A stretch of 44,806 nucleotides of DNA, taken from Octopus sinensis (lineage: Eukaryota). Where the stretch lies: the NCBI RefSeq assembly GCF_006345805.1, contig NW_021835121.1:1-44806 (forward strand). Reading direction: 5' to 3'. The translations under genes and the position numbers were made by a program. Each line of letters opens with the position of its first letter. Position 1 is the first letter of the stretch. Positions 11,064 through 25,654 of the stretch are shown here, piece after piece. The notes under the pieces are model-generated. The model had not been told where the DNA came from and did not search any database. It saw only the letters and a program-made list of their open reading frames with translations.

Positions 11064-11265
11064 CTCTCTTTACTTGTTTCAGTCATTTGACTGCGGCCAT
11101 GCTGGAGCACCGCCTTTAGTCGAGCAAATCCACCCCGGGACTTATTATTTGTAAGCCCAGTACTTATTCTATCGGTCTCTTTTGCCGAACCGCTAAGTGA
11201 CGGGGACGTAAACACACCAGCATCGGTTGTCAAACAATGCTAGGGGGACAAACACAGACACACAA

Positions 11266-11296
<31 letters not shown>

Positions 11297-11442
11297 CATA
11301 TATACGACAGGCTTCTTTCAGTTTCCGTCTACCAAATCCACTCACAAGGCATTGGTCGGTCCGGGGCTATAGCAGAAGACACTTGCTCAAGATGCCACGC
11401 AGTGGGACTGAACCCGGAACCATGTGGTTGGTTAGCAAGCTA
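11064..11442 (-). mobile_element. SINE family B, near full length
   Basis: B-box GGTTCAGTCCC, GTGGCATCTTGAGCAAGTGTCTT block, internal (TA/CA) tract, 3' tail GACTGAAACAAGTAAAAGAG. Confidence 0.9.
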
Positions 11443-11761
11443 ATTTACATACGTACACACGAGTACATTTACACACACAAACACACACACATACATATTA
11501 CATGCATACATATATATATACACACATACATACTTACATACATACATAGACATGCAAATGGCGGTGCCCCAGCATGGACACAGCTCGTGAGCTGAAACTA
11601 GATTAAATAAATAAAAAATAAAAAATTAAAATACATATATATATATATTATATATATATATGTATGTATGTATGTATATATACAAACACATATATAGACA
11701 TACATACATGTAGACATGTATACATACATAGAATCGTACATACGTACATGCATACATAGAT

Positions 11762-11832
11762 AATACATACATACATACATACATACATACATACATACAT
11801 ACATACATACATACATACATACATACATACAC
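11762..11832. repeat. (CATA)n microsatellite
   Basis: Direct inspection. Confidence 0.95.
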
Positions 11833-12056
11833 ATTCATAAACGCTTGAATGTTAAGAAAGGAGTGTTACTCCCCGAAATATCGAAGCGTAAGACCAAGAA
11901 GGTCAGATCCCGTTTCGTCATCTTCTTCAAAATATCCCTCTCTAACCTCAAAATCCGCTTTCAGGTGGCCGTCGAACAAAAGCTAACGGTACTAGAACGT
12001 AATGCTTCAGTCAGACTACTCTACGTTTGCACCTCGACACACATATATATCACATG

Positions 12057-12088
<32 letters not shown>

Positions 12089-12359
12089 CACATACTGACA
12101 TGTATATATACGCACACAGAGGCCCACACAAACTCAGGCACACTCACGGACACACGCTCACATAAGCACGTGTGCCCGAATTCATCATATATATGTGTAT
12201 ATGTATATATAAAAGCGACTTGTTGCTTCTGCGTATAATATTAGCATGGTGACAGCAGAATTGAGACACTGGTTATAGAGACGTGCAAACGGAAATATTG
12301 AAAGAAAGAGCTGCAGGTAGTTAGATAAACCGACGGAGAGATAAACAGGCAAGCTGATA

Positions 12360-12481
12360 GCTAGCTAGCTAGATAGATAGATAGTAGATAGATAGATAGA
12401 TAGACAGACAGGTAGGTAGACAGACAGGTAGGTAGATAAAGAGATAGATAGCTAAACAGACAGACGGATAGATGGACAAAC

Positions 12482-12516
<35 letters not shown>

Positions 12517-12568
12517 GATAGATAGATAGATAGATAGGTAGATAGGTAGGTAGGTAGGTAGGTAGGTG

Positions 12569-12599
<31 letters not shown>

Positions 12600-12648
12600 G
12601 ATAAATAAACAGACAGACGGATAGATAGACAAACAGATAAATAGATAG

Positions 12649-12740
<92 letters not shown>

Positions 12741-12780
12741 GTAGGTAGATATATAGGTATATATAGATAGATAGATAGAG
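12360..12780. repeat. (GATA)n/(GACA)n/(GGTA)n array
   Basis: Direct inspection; source of the spurious YLSI ORFs. Confidence 0.95.
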
Positions 12781-13295
12781 AAACTGATGGATAAATTCGT
12801 CATTGACTGGATTAAGGTTTGTAAGCATATATTGTGTACATGTGTGCGAGAGAGAGTGAGAGAGAAAGAGAGAGAGAGAGAGAGTGTGAGAGAGGGAGAA
12901 AGAAAGAGAGAGAGAGAGGGATAGAGCGACAGGTAGAGAGTCGGATAAAGACTTATATATGTAGATGGAGGGATACAAGAATAGATAGGTAGTTAAACTG
13001 ATATTACGGAAGAGCAAACAGAAGAAAGCTTGAATGGAGGCAACTTGAAAGAGAAGCCATAGGAGAGAGGAAGTCATAGAAATAAACAATATTACGGTGT
13101 ATACGTATATCAGCGTGTGTGTGTGGGTGTGTGTGTTGTATATTCGTATGTATGTATGGACGAATGTGTGCATATGGTGGTAAGTAACGTGTATGTGTGT
13201 GTAGATTCAAACGCACACATATATTTATGTGTATATGCTTTTATGTGTCTCACTCTGTATCAATACACACACGCACACGCACACATATCCCTGTT

Positions 13296-13333
<38 letters not shown>

Positions 13334-13522
13334 CGTATTGGTGAGATTATTTTGCATAATGAACACATCGGACAAATGTAAACAAACGTTTGCTTATTTA
13401 CTTTTCAATTCACACACACACACACACTCATATATGTGCATACATGCACACACACATACGCACACAAATATGACTACATATATACATACATATATATATA
13501 CGCTCCAATATTTATGTTTATA

Positions 13523-13567
<45 letters not shown>

Positions 13568-13597
13568 CTATCTATATCATCTCTATATCTATCCATA

Positions 13598-13630
<33 letters not shown>

Positions 13631-14754
13631 GCTGTCAAACACCCGTTAAAGGAGGGCTGGTCATGCCGTGGTTGATGATGCGCAGACACGCGCTGAGACT
13701 GCGACATCTGGCTCTATGTAGACGACGGTGAACAGGGTGGTCGCCGTTTGTGAGGCACGCTTTCCCGCAGCTCGTCTCCATGACCAGAACTGCAGTCGTG
13801 ATCAAAAAGAGGCCGAGGAAGGGCGAATGGCAACGCGAGTGTCGGTTGCTCTCAAGCAAACTCTGCCGTTCTGGGTGTCGACCTTAAGTGACTTCAACAA
13901 AACCAAAGCATTCTATAGGTGTTTAGTGGAGGGGAGGTACGACGACGACTCGGGGCGACCTGGGACGTCGACGAGGAGTACCTGACCCGCCTGTTCGGGA
14001 CGACTTTCGGGCCAGGGCCCATGGACAATTCCAGAGATCCCTGGCCTGGCAGTGCTACCGAGAAGCGCTACCCGTCGGGGGATAAGCTCTACAGACACGG
14101 CTCGAGAAACACGGGGCCGACCTGCCCGAGATGCGGTCAGAGCGACGAAACCGTTCTGCACGCACTCGTTCAGTGTCCAACAATTCCCGACCTGTGGGCT
14201 TATGTCGAACACTGCTGTCACGTGTGGGACGAGTCGGTTTATCAGCTGAGTCTATCGTCAATATTGTCACGCCTCCTTTCCTTCAAACGGGAAGGAAGAG
14301 CTTTTCATCATCCTTGTGGCTATGGCGAAAGAATGTATCTGGTGGACGCGTCTTGAAGGATTGGAGGAACAAACACTTTCCTCTCTGGTCAATCTCTCAT
14401 CAACTTCTTCAAGTACCACTTGAAAAGGAAAGTGAGAGTAGAGAGGCAAGGTTTTGTCTAGCGAATGTTTTAAAAAAAGATGGGTGAATGTAGCAAGAAT
14501 GGCACGTATGAATGACGAAGACCTTGAGCATAGGTCCTATGAACCCAGAAATCGAAAAAAGAGAGTTGCTTATTTGCAAAAAAAAAAAAAAAAAAAAAAT
14601 AGAAATATAAAATGTGACTTCATTGACCGAGGTTACCGTGGTCTTTTCCGCAGGCTTTTCTTTCCACGGGGTAAACCTCACCTGTCCTCCCTTTACACTT
14701 CATATTGACATTTCTGTGATAACGATCCCTATTGATCATTTTTTTTTCCTCTCC

Positions 14755-14785
<31 letters not shown>

Positions 14786-14947
14786 AACCCCCCTTACTTT
14801 TGTCCTCTTTCTCTCCTTTTACTATCCCTTTTGATCGAACCTCCCCCCTCCTTTTTTTTTTTTTTTTTTTTTTTATACCTTCAAAAGAAAAGCTCTACCT
14901 TGTAATTTGTTCTATCTGTGTGCAGCCTGTGTGGCTAATAAAGAAAA

Positions 14948-14948
<1 letters not shown>
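13631..14948 (+). mobile_element. 5'-truncated Tx1/L1-clade non-LTR retrotransposon (C-terminal Zn knuckle plus 3' UTR)
   Basis: Frameshifted ORF end with CPRCGQSDETVLHALVQCP (CCHC type) and LINFFKYHLKRKVRVER...RWVNVARMARM. T-rich UTR, AATAAA at 14937-14942. (ATCT)n on both sides. Confidence 0.75.
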
Positions 14949-15600
<652 letters not shown>

Positions 15601-15954
15601 TCACATACATACACACATATATACCTACGTACCTACCTACATACACGTGTGTCATGTGAGTAAAAGCATGGTAAAAACAGAGAAATCCGTCAACGAAGGA
15701 AAAAAGTGGAAAAAGAAACTAAAGTTACATCATTCGCAGTATTAACATCATCATCATCATCATCAATAACAACAACAGCAATAACACAATAGAGTGAGAG
15801 AGAAAGTGGAGGGAAAGGTTGAGATGAGGGTAGAGAGTGCATGTGTGTGTGTGTGTGTGTGTGTGTGTGGTGGATTCGATTCATGAGGAAACTCAAGTCG
15901 TAAGAAACGCTTTCAGGTTTCAATAAACTACAAACACACACACAGACATACACA

Positions 15955-16024
15955 CGTATATGCATACATATATACATACATACTTACATACATGCATACA
16001 CACATACATACATACATACATGCA

Positions 16025-16060
<36 letters not shown>

Positions 16061-16345
16061 TACATACACGCACACATATATACATAAATACACACATACA
16101 TACATACATACATACATACATACACAATATATACACACATTTATACACGCACACATATATACATAAATACACATACATACACACATACACACATACATAC
16201 ACACATACATACACACATATATACACACATACATACACACATATATACACACATACATATGTACATACACACATACACACCTTAATACATACATAAATAC
16301 ATATATACACAAATACATACACAGATATATATAAACACGCACGCG
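15955..16345. repeat. (CATA)n/(CA)n compound array
   Basis: Direct inspection. Confidence 0.9.
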
Positions 16346-16487
16346 CACACATACAAAATTCCGTTTAAGTGCTAACCACGTCACTGAAGGCCCTCAAGTC
16401 ACGTAATTTCACATATTTTCTCCTTTTCACACTGTGTTCTTTTTCTGCATTCCCTTTTTCTACTACCAGCGCCCTGCCTCTTATATA

Positions 16488-16542
<55 letters not shown>

Positions 16543-17060
16543 TATGTATATCAGGCAGGTGTTTTGTCACTTCACCTGTCATTCTGAACCCCTACAGATG
16601 GGCGTGGATTTGGACCCTTCGCTTGTCTGCCAGCCCCATTCGTTATATATATGCTGGCGCAGATCTCCGCGAGTCGATTACACACGCGCACACACTATTA
16701 CACACACTCATACACATATGTCTCTGTATATATAAATACAAATTTATACAAGCATATAGATAAGTATATAAATGTGTCTAGGATGGTTCTTTTTCGAAAA
16801 GTGTTAAGTTCATCATTGACCTTGGTCGGATTTGAACTCAGAACGTAAAGTTCTGGGACAAATATCTACTGCAAAATGTATTACTTCCTTTTGCCTGGCC
16901 TCTGCGTGAGGTTTCCTTCGATCTACACGTTATCGGATATCTGTAACAACAACATCTCACTACAGAAACGATATGAACGCGCCATCATCATCAACAACAA
17001 CAACAATATCAGGAAGAACAAAATCAACAAATACAAGGCATCGCAATGCTTTATATGAAA

Positions 17061-17097
<37 letters not shown>

Positions 17098-18299
17098 CAG
17101 CTCTCTAACGTAATAAACCTCTACGCGAAGGTTCAGACCAGCTCGAAATAACAGCTAAATCTCTTTCAAATCGCTTACTGCCTGTGTTTATTATCAATTA
17201 ACTAATTTTGTTATTACGGTGGATACATTCGGGAATTTGGTCCCCAATACACAATGCTTGTAGGAGAAAAAAAATAGAAAGAAGAAAGGAGTATAGACGT
17301 AATGATCACTGCTTAAGCAGTTCGAGCTAAAAGCCAAGTGGATCATATCTCGCCTAGGGTTAAATAACAAGACAACTCCATAACACGAAAAAAAAAAATT
17401 GCTGTGTCGTCCTGATTAGAATACCTGGTGAGAATTACCTGGGGCTAAACATCACCCCCACTAACAACAACAGCAACAGTAATATTAATAACTATATATT
17501 AGAGTCAATATATACACGTGTGTCTGTGTGTGTGTGTATCTACAAAGTAAGTAAGCGGTTCTTACCTGTATATATGATGAGTTAATTTGTATATTTTCCA
17601 GTGTGTTTATATAAAACCAGGTATAGAAAATTGACGTGTTTGCGAGTTCACAGACGAACGTGCTGTATGGATAGTATAAACGAGTCTTTTTCTTTATTCG
17701 TTTGTGTGTGTATATGTGTGTCTGTATGTGTGTGCGTATGCGTATGAATATATAGAGATATAGATATATATACGTATATATATGTGTATATAAGTGCGTG
17801 TATTTGTATGGGTACCTGCGACTTTTTAAAAACAGCGTAGCAGTTTTTATATGATATATAAATATATCTACACGTGTATGTGTGTATATATGAGTTTATG
17901 TGAATGTATATACAGGTACAGTTACATGTGTTTTACATGTCGTGTCTGTGTGTCTGTGTGTATATCCCAACGTGTACACTCCTAAACTTCGAGCACTTAG
18001 CTGTGTATATAATTTTATACAATGAATATGTAACACAACTTTAATAAAATCAAATAATGCATTATATATACATACATATGTATATGAGTGTGTGTATGTG
18101 TATATATCTATATATGAATCTATACCTATATATATGTGTGTGAGTGTGTGTGCATGCACGTAAATGTGTGTATATATAAGTACACAATTTCTATGCTATA
18201 TACGTTAATGTGCAAACTACAGGAAAATAACCGGCACAATTTTCAAGGGACACTCGCCGCCTCCATCGACGGACATCGGTAGCCGCTACCTCCGTTGTA

Positions 18300-19670
18300 A
18301 TTGTAGTAGTAGTAGTAATAGTAGTAGTGGTAGCAACAGTTGTATTAATAGCAGTAGTGTTTGTGATGTCAGTGGAGGCGGTGGTGGTGGTGGTAGTGGT
18401 GGCCTTCGTCGTCGCAGTAGTGGTAGTAGCTATTGTTTGTGATTGACAGCACTGCTAGATGTTGTTGCATGGCTATTTTCTCTACATAATTGTCAGTAGG
18501 TGTAATAACAGTGTCAACAGGTTACTAGTAGTAATGGTGGTGGTGGTGGTGGTGATAGTTGTAGTTGCAGCAATAGTTGTTAGAGTCGTAATAGTAGCCG
18601 TAGCAGTAGTAATAAAAAGGTAGCAGTAGTAGTAGTAGTGTCATCTGAAGTAATAGTAGTAGTAGTAGTAGTGGTGGTGGTGGTGGTGGTTTTGGAGTCG
18701 GGGTTGATTGTTTTAGTAGTAGTAGTGGTGTTGGTGGTGGTAGTTGTGACACCAGAGGTAACAGTAGTGGAGGTAGTGGTGGTGGTGCTAGCTATGGCGA
18801 TGGTGGAGTTGGAGTTGCAATTGATTCTTTTATTAGTATTAGTAGTAGTAGTAGTGGTGGTGGTGGTGGTGGTTACTATGGTGATGGTGGAGTTGGAGTT
18901 GATTGTTTTAGTAGTAGTAGTAGTAGTTATTGTAAATATTTAGAACGGAACGTCGCGTAAATGAGAGAAATGAAAAATGAAAAAACTAAAAACAAAAAGA
19001 GGAAGGAGGAGGAGGAAGAGAAGAAGAAGAAGAAGAAGAAGAAGAAGAAGAAGAAGAAGAAGAAGAAGATGATGATGAAGAAGAAAAAGATGATGAAGAA
19101 GAAGATGATGATGAAAAAGAAGAAAAAGATGATGAAGAAGAAATGAAGAAGAAGAAATGAAGAAGAAAATGAAGAAGAAAATGGAGAAAAAGATGATGAT
19201 TAGGGTGGTGAGGATGAAGAAGAAGAAGAAGAAGAAGAAGAAGAAGAAGAAGAAGAAGAAGAAGAAGAAGAGAAGAAGGGAAAGGGGGATCAGACGATAA
19301 GGAAAAACGTGGAGATAAGTGAAGCCAACAATTTTATAAAGAACGATGGGAAACAAATGTGAGAACGACGAAGTTGAGGAGGACGGTGACGAAGATGATA
19401 ATGACGATGTTGTGTGAGTGGGGGGATGTACTGCTGCTGCTGCTTACGATGACGATGAAGACGACGACAATGGCAACGACGACGACGACGACGACGACGA
19501 TGATGATGATGAGAGCAAAGACGAAAACGGCAGTAACGATGGTAATGAAGTTGTTGGTGACGGTGATGACAGCAATAGTGAAGGACGATAATGTGACCGA
19601 CAACAACGACGACGATGACAATAACGACCACGACGATGACGATGACAACAAATGATGATGATGATGATGT
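18300..19670. repeat. Trinucleotide repeat complex (GTA/GTG)n - (GAA/GAT)n - (GAC/GAT)n
   Basis: Direct inspection. Confidence 0.9.
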
Positions 19671-20257
19671 CAGCGATTATGATAAATCATTATGCCTGAA
19701 GAAATAGTACCTCAGAGAAACGTCGTTCATTATAAATAAATACACGTGAGACCTATGGTACGGTCTTGCATATAAAATAAACTGAATCGAAAAAATACTT
19801 TGGTTAACTGATAGACAAAACCACTCTCCGTGAGTATATAGATTCTATAACAATTATCGATAAAGCAAAGAATTGGGAAGATCGTCCAGTAAATGTTGCT
19901 GATGACCATATCTAGACATGCATTAAGAAGTTTTGGAGATATGGCGGATTCTTGTTTGGCGCCATTCTAAATTGGAACTTTCACGGGCGATGATAACAGA
20001 GTTATATCGGGTGTGTATTCAGAGTTTACATCCCTGAGGAGTGTGGTGTATTGCGCAACGACTCTGTAATTTTCAGGGGTACAACATTCATCAGGATACT
20101 ATCGAGAAACGCAAACTTATATATACACATATACGCTGATATGCGCGCGTGCGCGTGTATTTAGAAATAAATTTATTGATCACTTAAAAATTTTACCATC
20201 TTAGTACAATATGCGTCGCTGAAAAGATCTTATAAGGCTATAATGTCTTGCCAGTTA

Positions 20258-20302
<45 letters not shown>

Positions 20303-20306
<4 letters not shown>

Positions 20307-20488
20307 AGATCGGTAGCCACTACACACATATTTTTTTTCTCCTTGTTTCTTTCTGTGTTCCTTTCTGTGGAAGAGCGTAGGCTCGAAACTTTAAAGACTT
20401 TTTCTATTCCCGAGCGTTATACTAATACATCTGTTTGTTTTCTACACCACATGTCTTCGTCTTTTGTTTTTGTCATGAATTCTCCTTA
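20303..20488 (+). mobile_element. About 190-bp HHR-like repeat, family 4, between two (TA)n tracts
   Basis: Homologous to 44132-44345 (minus) and 40426-40506 (minus). Confidence 0.7.
20361..20396 (+). ncRNA. Variant minimal hammerhead (CUGUGGA core), stem III damaged
   Basis: CUUU-CUGUGGA-A-GAGC(GUAG)GCUC-GAAA-C-UUU-AAAG; A6 is U and G16.2 is U. Confidence 0.45.
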
Positions 20489-20503
20489 TATATATATATA
20501 TAT

Positions 20504-20598
<95 letters not shown>

Positions 20599-20620
20599 TA
20601 GATATAGATATAGATGTATA
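20487..20620. repeat. (TA)n-(GATA)n microsatellite
   Basis: Direct inspection. Confidence 0.95.
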
Positions 20621-20675
20621 ATCAATTGCAGCGTGGAATGTGTTTATAACCCATTTAAAAACATACAAAGACCGT

Positions 20676-20818
20676 TAAATTAAATTTGCCAAAATATTTT
20701 CGTCGCTTTGAGACCGCGACCTGTTCACTGACAAAATTTTGTGCTGCATCTCAGAATTTTGTCAGTGAACAGATCGCGGTCTCAAAGCGACGAAAATATT
20801 TTGGCAAGTTAAATTTAA
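20676..20818. repeat. Near-perfect inverted repeat (hairpin)
   Basis: 20686-20740 versus the reverse complement of 20753-20807: 55 bp with 2 mismatches and a loop of about 12 nt. Confidence 0.95.
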
Positions 20819-21599
20819 ATGTTGAAGTGAATCTAAGGCATTTTCACACTAACATGCCTTCGCGTACTTACGAAATTTGCTATTTGGTTTTTGTACGAAA
20901 AGGTGTGTGATTTAAGGGATGTTTAGCTGTTGTTTCTAGCAAATCCCGTGACTACCTGTTCCTTCCTTGTTTCTTTGTCACTCTGACATGTGTTTATGCT
21001 TGTCGATATTTTTCTCCCCGTAAACACGTTCTATGAAATGGTGATGCGGTGGTCCATTGCTGTGATGTAAGCAACAACAAAAAATTTGGAATTTAGATTT
21101 TTAGTTCCCACTCCGCATTGACCAAATCCGTGTGTGTGTGTGTGTGAGAGAGCTGTGTATAACAAAAAACATATTTACTTAGAGAAAAATATGCTAGTAA
21201 ACTAAATTATTTTTTACATACCTGCTTCTTCAAATACTCTCTCGCCATCAGGAAATTCCTTACACACATGTTTACATAAACACACAGGCAAACAAGCACA
21301 TATATATAGAGGGGGAATTTAACCCCAAGAAAAGCCGAAAATGAAATAGATAGACATCTTTTTCGATGTTGTCAGAGATTTTGAAAATTTACAATTAAGT
21401 GTAAATTTTCAATTTTGATATATTGATGTCATTTTTCACGCTGAATCCGATACATTTATTCGGGAAAAATTTTAGAAAAATGTTACCGACGCCTAAAGTT
21501 TATATCCTGTCAGAAAACAGGATATATGTATTTATGCTTGTATGTATATATATATATATTTATATACATATATGTAAGTATGCATCTACCTTTCTGTCT

Positions 21600-21642
21600 A
21601 TCTCTCTCTATATATATGTATCAATATATTTATCTCTCTCTC

Positions 21643-21685
<43 letters not shown>

Positions 21686-21706
21686 TATAGATATATAGAT
21701 ATATAG

Positions 21707-21766
<60 letters not shown>

Positions 21767-21845
21767 TAAATAGATAGATAATTAGGTAGGTAGATAGATA
21801 GATAGATAGATAGATAGATACATACATACATACATACATACATAC
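21600..21845. repeat. Compound (TA)/(GATA)/(GA)/(CATA) microsatellite
   Basis: Direct inspection. Confidence 0.9.
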
Positions 21846-22140
21846 ACCAGCTAGTTGATCCCTCTTGATGCCCATAATTTCCTCGAGGACGGCCACTAAT
21901 CCTCTGTAGAATTTTATGACAGAACATATACAAATGCCAAAATCTAAAGAGCTTTGCAGAGTTCCGTGGCCCGTCCACCAACAAAAGCAATCTTAGTGAC
22001 TCGCTTCCTCACACTCCACTCTTCGTCTCTGTCATCGTTCTCACCATATTAAATTTAAATGCAGTATTTGGGACAAATTAATGAATCCTTCCTTCCGTTT
22101 TCTCTTTCCCCCTTATTTTCACAATATATTCATCCTGCCA

Positions 22141-22505
22141 AGGGAGCGAGCTGGCAGAATCGTTAGCACGTCAGACGAAATGCTTACCGATATTTCGTCT
22201 GCCGTTACATTCTGAGTTCAAATTCCGCCAAGGTCGACTTTGCCTGTCATCCTTTCGGGGCCGATTAAATAAGTACCAGTTACGCACTGGGGTAGATATA
22301 ACCGACTTAATCCGTTTGTCTGTCCTTGTTTGTCCTCTCTGTGTTTAACCCCTTGTGGGTAGTAAAGAAATAGGTATTTCGTCTGTCTTTATGTTCTGAG
22401 TTCAAATTCCGCCGATGTCGATTTTGCCGTTCATCCTTTTGGGTTCGATAATCGACTGCCCCCACTCCCCACAAACTTCGGGCCTTGTGCCTAGAGGAGA
22501 AATGA
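22141..22505 (+). mobile_element. SINE family A, two tandem units
   Basis: GAGCTGGCAGAATCGTTAGC head, duplicated B-box unit, GGGCCTTGTGCCTAGAG tail. Confidence 0.85.
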
Positions 22506-22856
22506 ATATATTTACCCCCTTCCCCACGCAGTTCCTCGCTCTCATCGCATCATTCATATCATTTGCCTAACTTGGTTGTTTGCATGTCTGACTTTCTGCC
22601 TGGATGTCCGAATATCCGTCTGTCAGTCGGTCTGTCTGTCTGTCTCTCTGTCAGCTGACTACCGCCATTTTTCTTTTGCTTTTTCTTAAATTTTCATTAC
22701 TTACATGATGACACGCAAATATGTCATTTCACATACATACATACATACATACATACACGCACAAACATATACATACATATATATTCGCATACATAGACTC
22801 ATTATATCTATCGTATTTAAATATGTGCGTGTATATATATATATAAATATGTTTAG

Positions 22857-22887
<31 letters not shown>

Positions 22888-23319
22888 GACATACATTAAT
22901 ATATATACACACATACATACATACATACATTCATACATATTTATACATACATGCACACATATGCCCACATACGATTTATACATGTATGTATATATTCATT
23001 TAAACATACACACACACAATCATATAAATAGTGTGTGTGTGTGTGCTTATATTCATTACAGAGTAAATCCCAATAACCCGACCACATAGCACACCTGTAT
23101 TTCAACTTTTTATATCTTCTTATCTTCCTTCTGTTTTTCTTTTCTTCTTCCTTTCTTAATTAACTTAATACATTTTCCTTCTTCCCTCTCATTTTCTGTC
23201 ATTCCTTCTGTCCGTCTCTCCCTCCCTCTCCTTCGTCGCCTCTCTCTTACCTTACTCTGTTACTCTCTATAATCCATCCACTTCTCCCTCCACCGGTTTT
23301 GTCATGTATATATTTTTAT

Positions 23320-23358
23320 CTACTACTACTACTACTACTGCTGCTGCTGCTACTACTA

Positions 23359-23425
<67 letters not shown>

Positions 23426-23465
23426 AACTACTACTGCTGCTGCTACTACTACTACTACTACTACT
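23320..23465. repeat. (CTA)n interrupted by (CTG)3-5 blocks
   Basis: Direct inspection. Confidence 0.95.
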
Positions 23466-23585
23466 AAAGCCTTGTTAATATGCAAAAATGTGACTAGTTT
23501 GTTCTGTTTCCTTATAGAGGCTGAACAGGTCAGGCCAGTCGGATCTTATCGCAGCTGTGTGTGTGCGTGCGTTCGTGTGTGTGTA

Positions 23586-23627
<42 letters not shown>

Positions 23628-24432
23628 CGTGCGTTTGTATGTATGAGTATGTGTGTATATGTGCATGTGTGTGTGTGCGAGTGTGTATGGGTGTGTCTAT
23701 CTTTATCCGTTTGTTTGACTATGTCTTTTTTTTTTATCGCTTGATTAAAAAGTAAGGGCTGGGTCCATCCGCTTTTATCTTATCACGACCTCCAAGACAT
23801 GCAGGTGGGGAGAGGAAAATAAATACAATCAACCGTAAGACGTGACCTGAATTCTTGAAACAGTGTCGAGTCTGATAAAGACACCGAAAGTTCCAGTGGA
23901 AGCGGTGTTGGAGAGGGTGCTAGGTTAACTGTACCTTTCAAGTAAATGTGGCCTGATTTGAACTCAGAACACGAAGAGTGGGAACCGATGCCCAAATGCC
24001 CAATGCACGCATCCTTTTAGAGTTGCGCTTTTTAAACTGTTTTCATTCATTATCTCATCACGACCCCAGGTATTAAATATACGTTTGTGAAGTAACATTT
24101 AAACTGAAATCCATTCAAGTGTTTGGATTCAATTTTCGCGACCCATAGTTTAAGAAGCGCTGCTTTAGAGTATAAAAGGATCTTAAGAGTCCATTTAATA
24201 TTTTGCTGTTAGAAAATTTATGTCCGATTAATTGGTTACACCTCTGCAATACAGCAAATATTTTAACCATTGTTTTTTAAATACGACTCTTAACAATATT
24301 TCGTTATAAAAATGGAATGGGATTTTGAAAACATAGAATGGCTATGAGGATCCACCCGAGTAAAGTAGGAATCAAAAGGTAAAAAATGGTTCAAAGACAC
24401 TGTTAAAGATATTGTAATATTCCAATAATTCT

Positions 24433-24832
24433 AAGAGGTCAAGCTGGCAGAAACGTTAGCATGCCGGGCGAAATACGTTGCCGTATTTCGTCTGCCTTTA
24501 CGTTCTGAGTTCAAATTCCGCCGAGGTCGACTTTGCCTTTCATCCTTTCGGGGTCGATAAATTATGTACCAGTTACGCACTGGGTCGATATAATCGACTT
24601 AATCCGTTTGTCTGTCCTTGTTTGTCCTCTCTGTGTGTAGCCCCTTGTGGGCTGTAAAGAAATAGCATTTCGCCTGTCTTTACGTTCTGAGTTCAAATTC
24701 CGCCGCGGTCGACTTTGCCTTTCATTCTTTCGGGGTCAATAAATTACGTACCAGTTGCGTACTGGAATCGATCTAATCGACTGGCCTCTCCCCCAAAATT
24801 TCGGGCCTTGTGCCTAGAGTAGAAAAGAATAT
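24433..24832 (+). mobile_element. SINE family A, two tandem units
   Basis: Same organisation as 22141-22505. Confidence 0.85.
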
Positions 24833-25654
24833 TCTAATAATTCTGCCAGTTCACCGTTCTAGAATGGTGCTGCATTTTTAACAACATCGGAAGGGTCGAA
24901 GGCAAAGTTGTTCTCGATGGGATTTGAACGCAGCCAGAATTAAAATCTTAAAGCATTTTCTCCAGTGGCCTAATGACTCTGTCGGTAATTCGCTGTGGTT
25001 TTCCGTCATCATTTTCGTTGTTGCTGACGATGTTGTTCTTGATCTCGTTGTTGTATGGTCCCAGGGCAACCATGATTAAACAAAGGAATATTTGGCATTT
25101 GAGCAAACACCGGCGGGTCAGTCTTCTGCCTCATCAAACAATTAGTCAATACAATGAAGGGTTCCTGGAAGGAGAAAATGGTAAGGTTTATTCTCGTGTC
25201 GAATGAAGCAGTTAACATTTCGGACTCTTGCTCTTCGTCTGAGAGTGTGGAAGCAAAATAGGAGAGAGAGAGAGAGGGAGAGAGAGAGAGAGAAAGGAAA
25301 GCAGATAGAGGAGAGAGATAGGAAGGAATAGAGAGAGGAGATAATGTGTGTATGTGTGTGTGTGCGCGATGTGTTGTATGGCCTTTAAAACCAAAGCAAC
25401 AACAAAGGGGAGGAACATCAAATTTTTCGCTCTTTGTGGGAAATTCATCTTCAGTAATTCTTCCACGAACTGTCTTCTGGTCAAGTAAGCCAACAATCAA
25501 ACACGCAATCCAACAATGACCACATCTTTTAGATTCAATAATATACTGGACCTTCGTTATTTGCTCGCTGCCGACGTTGAAACTCATACAAGACATTCTG
25601 TTCACCAACGATAAATTAAACCTTATCTCGTATAATATATCTTAGCTTATCCCC

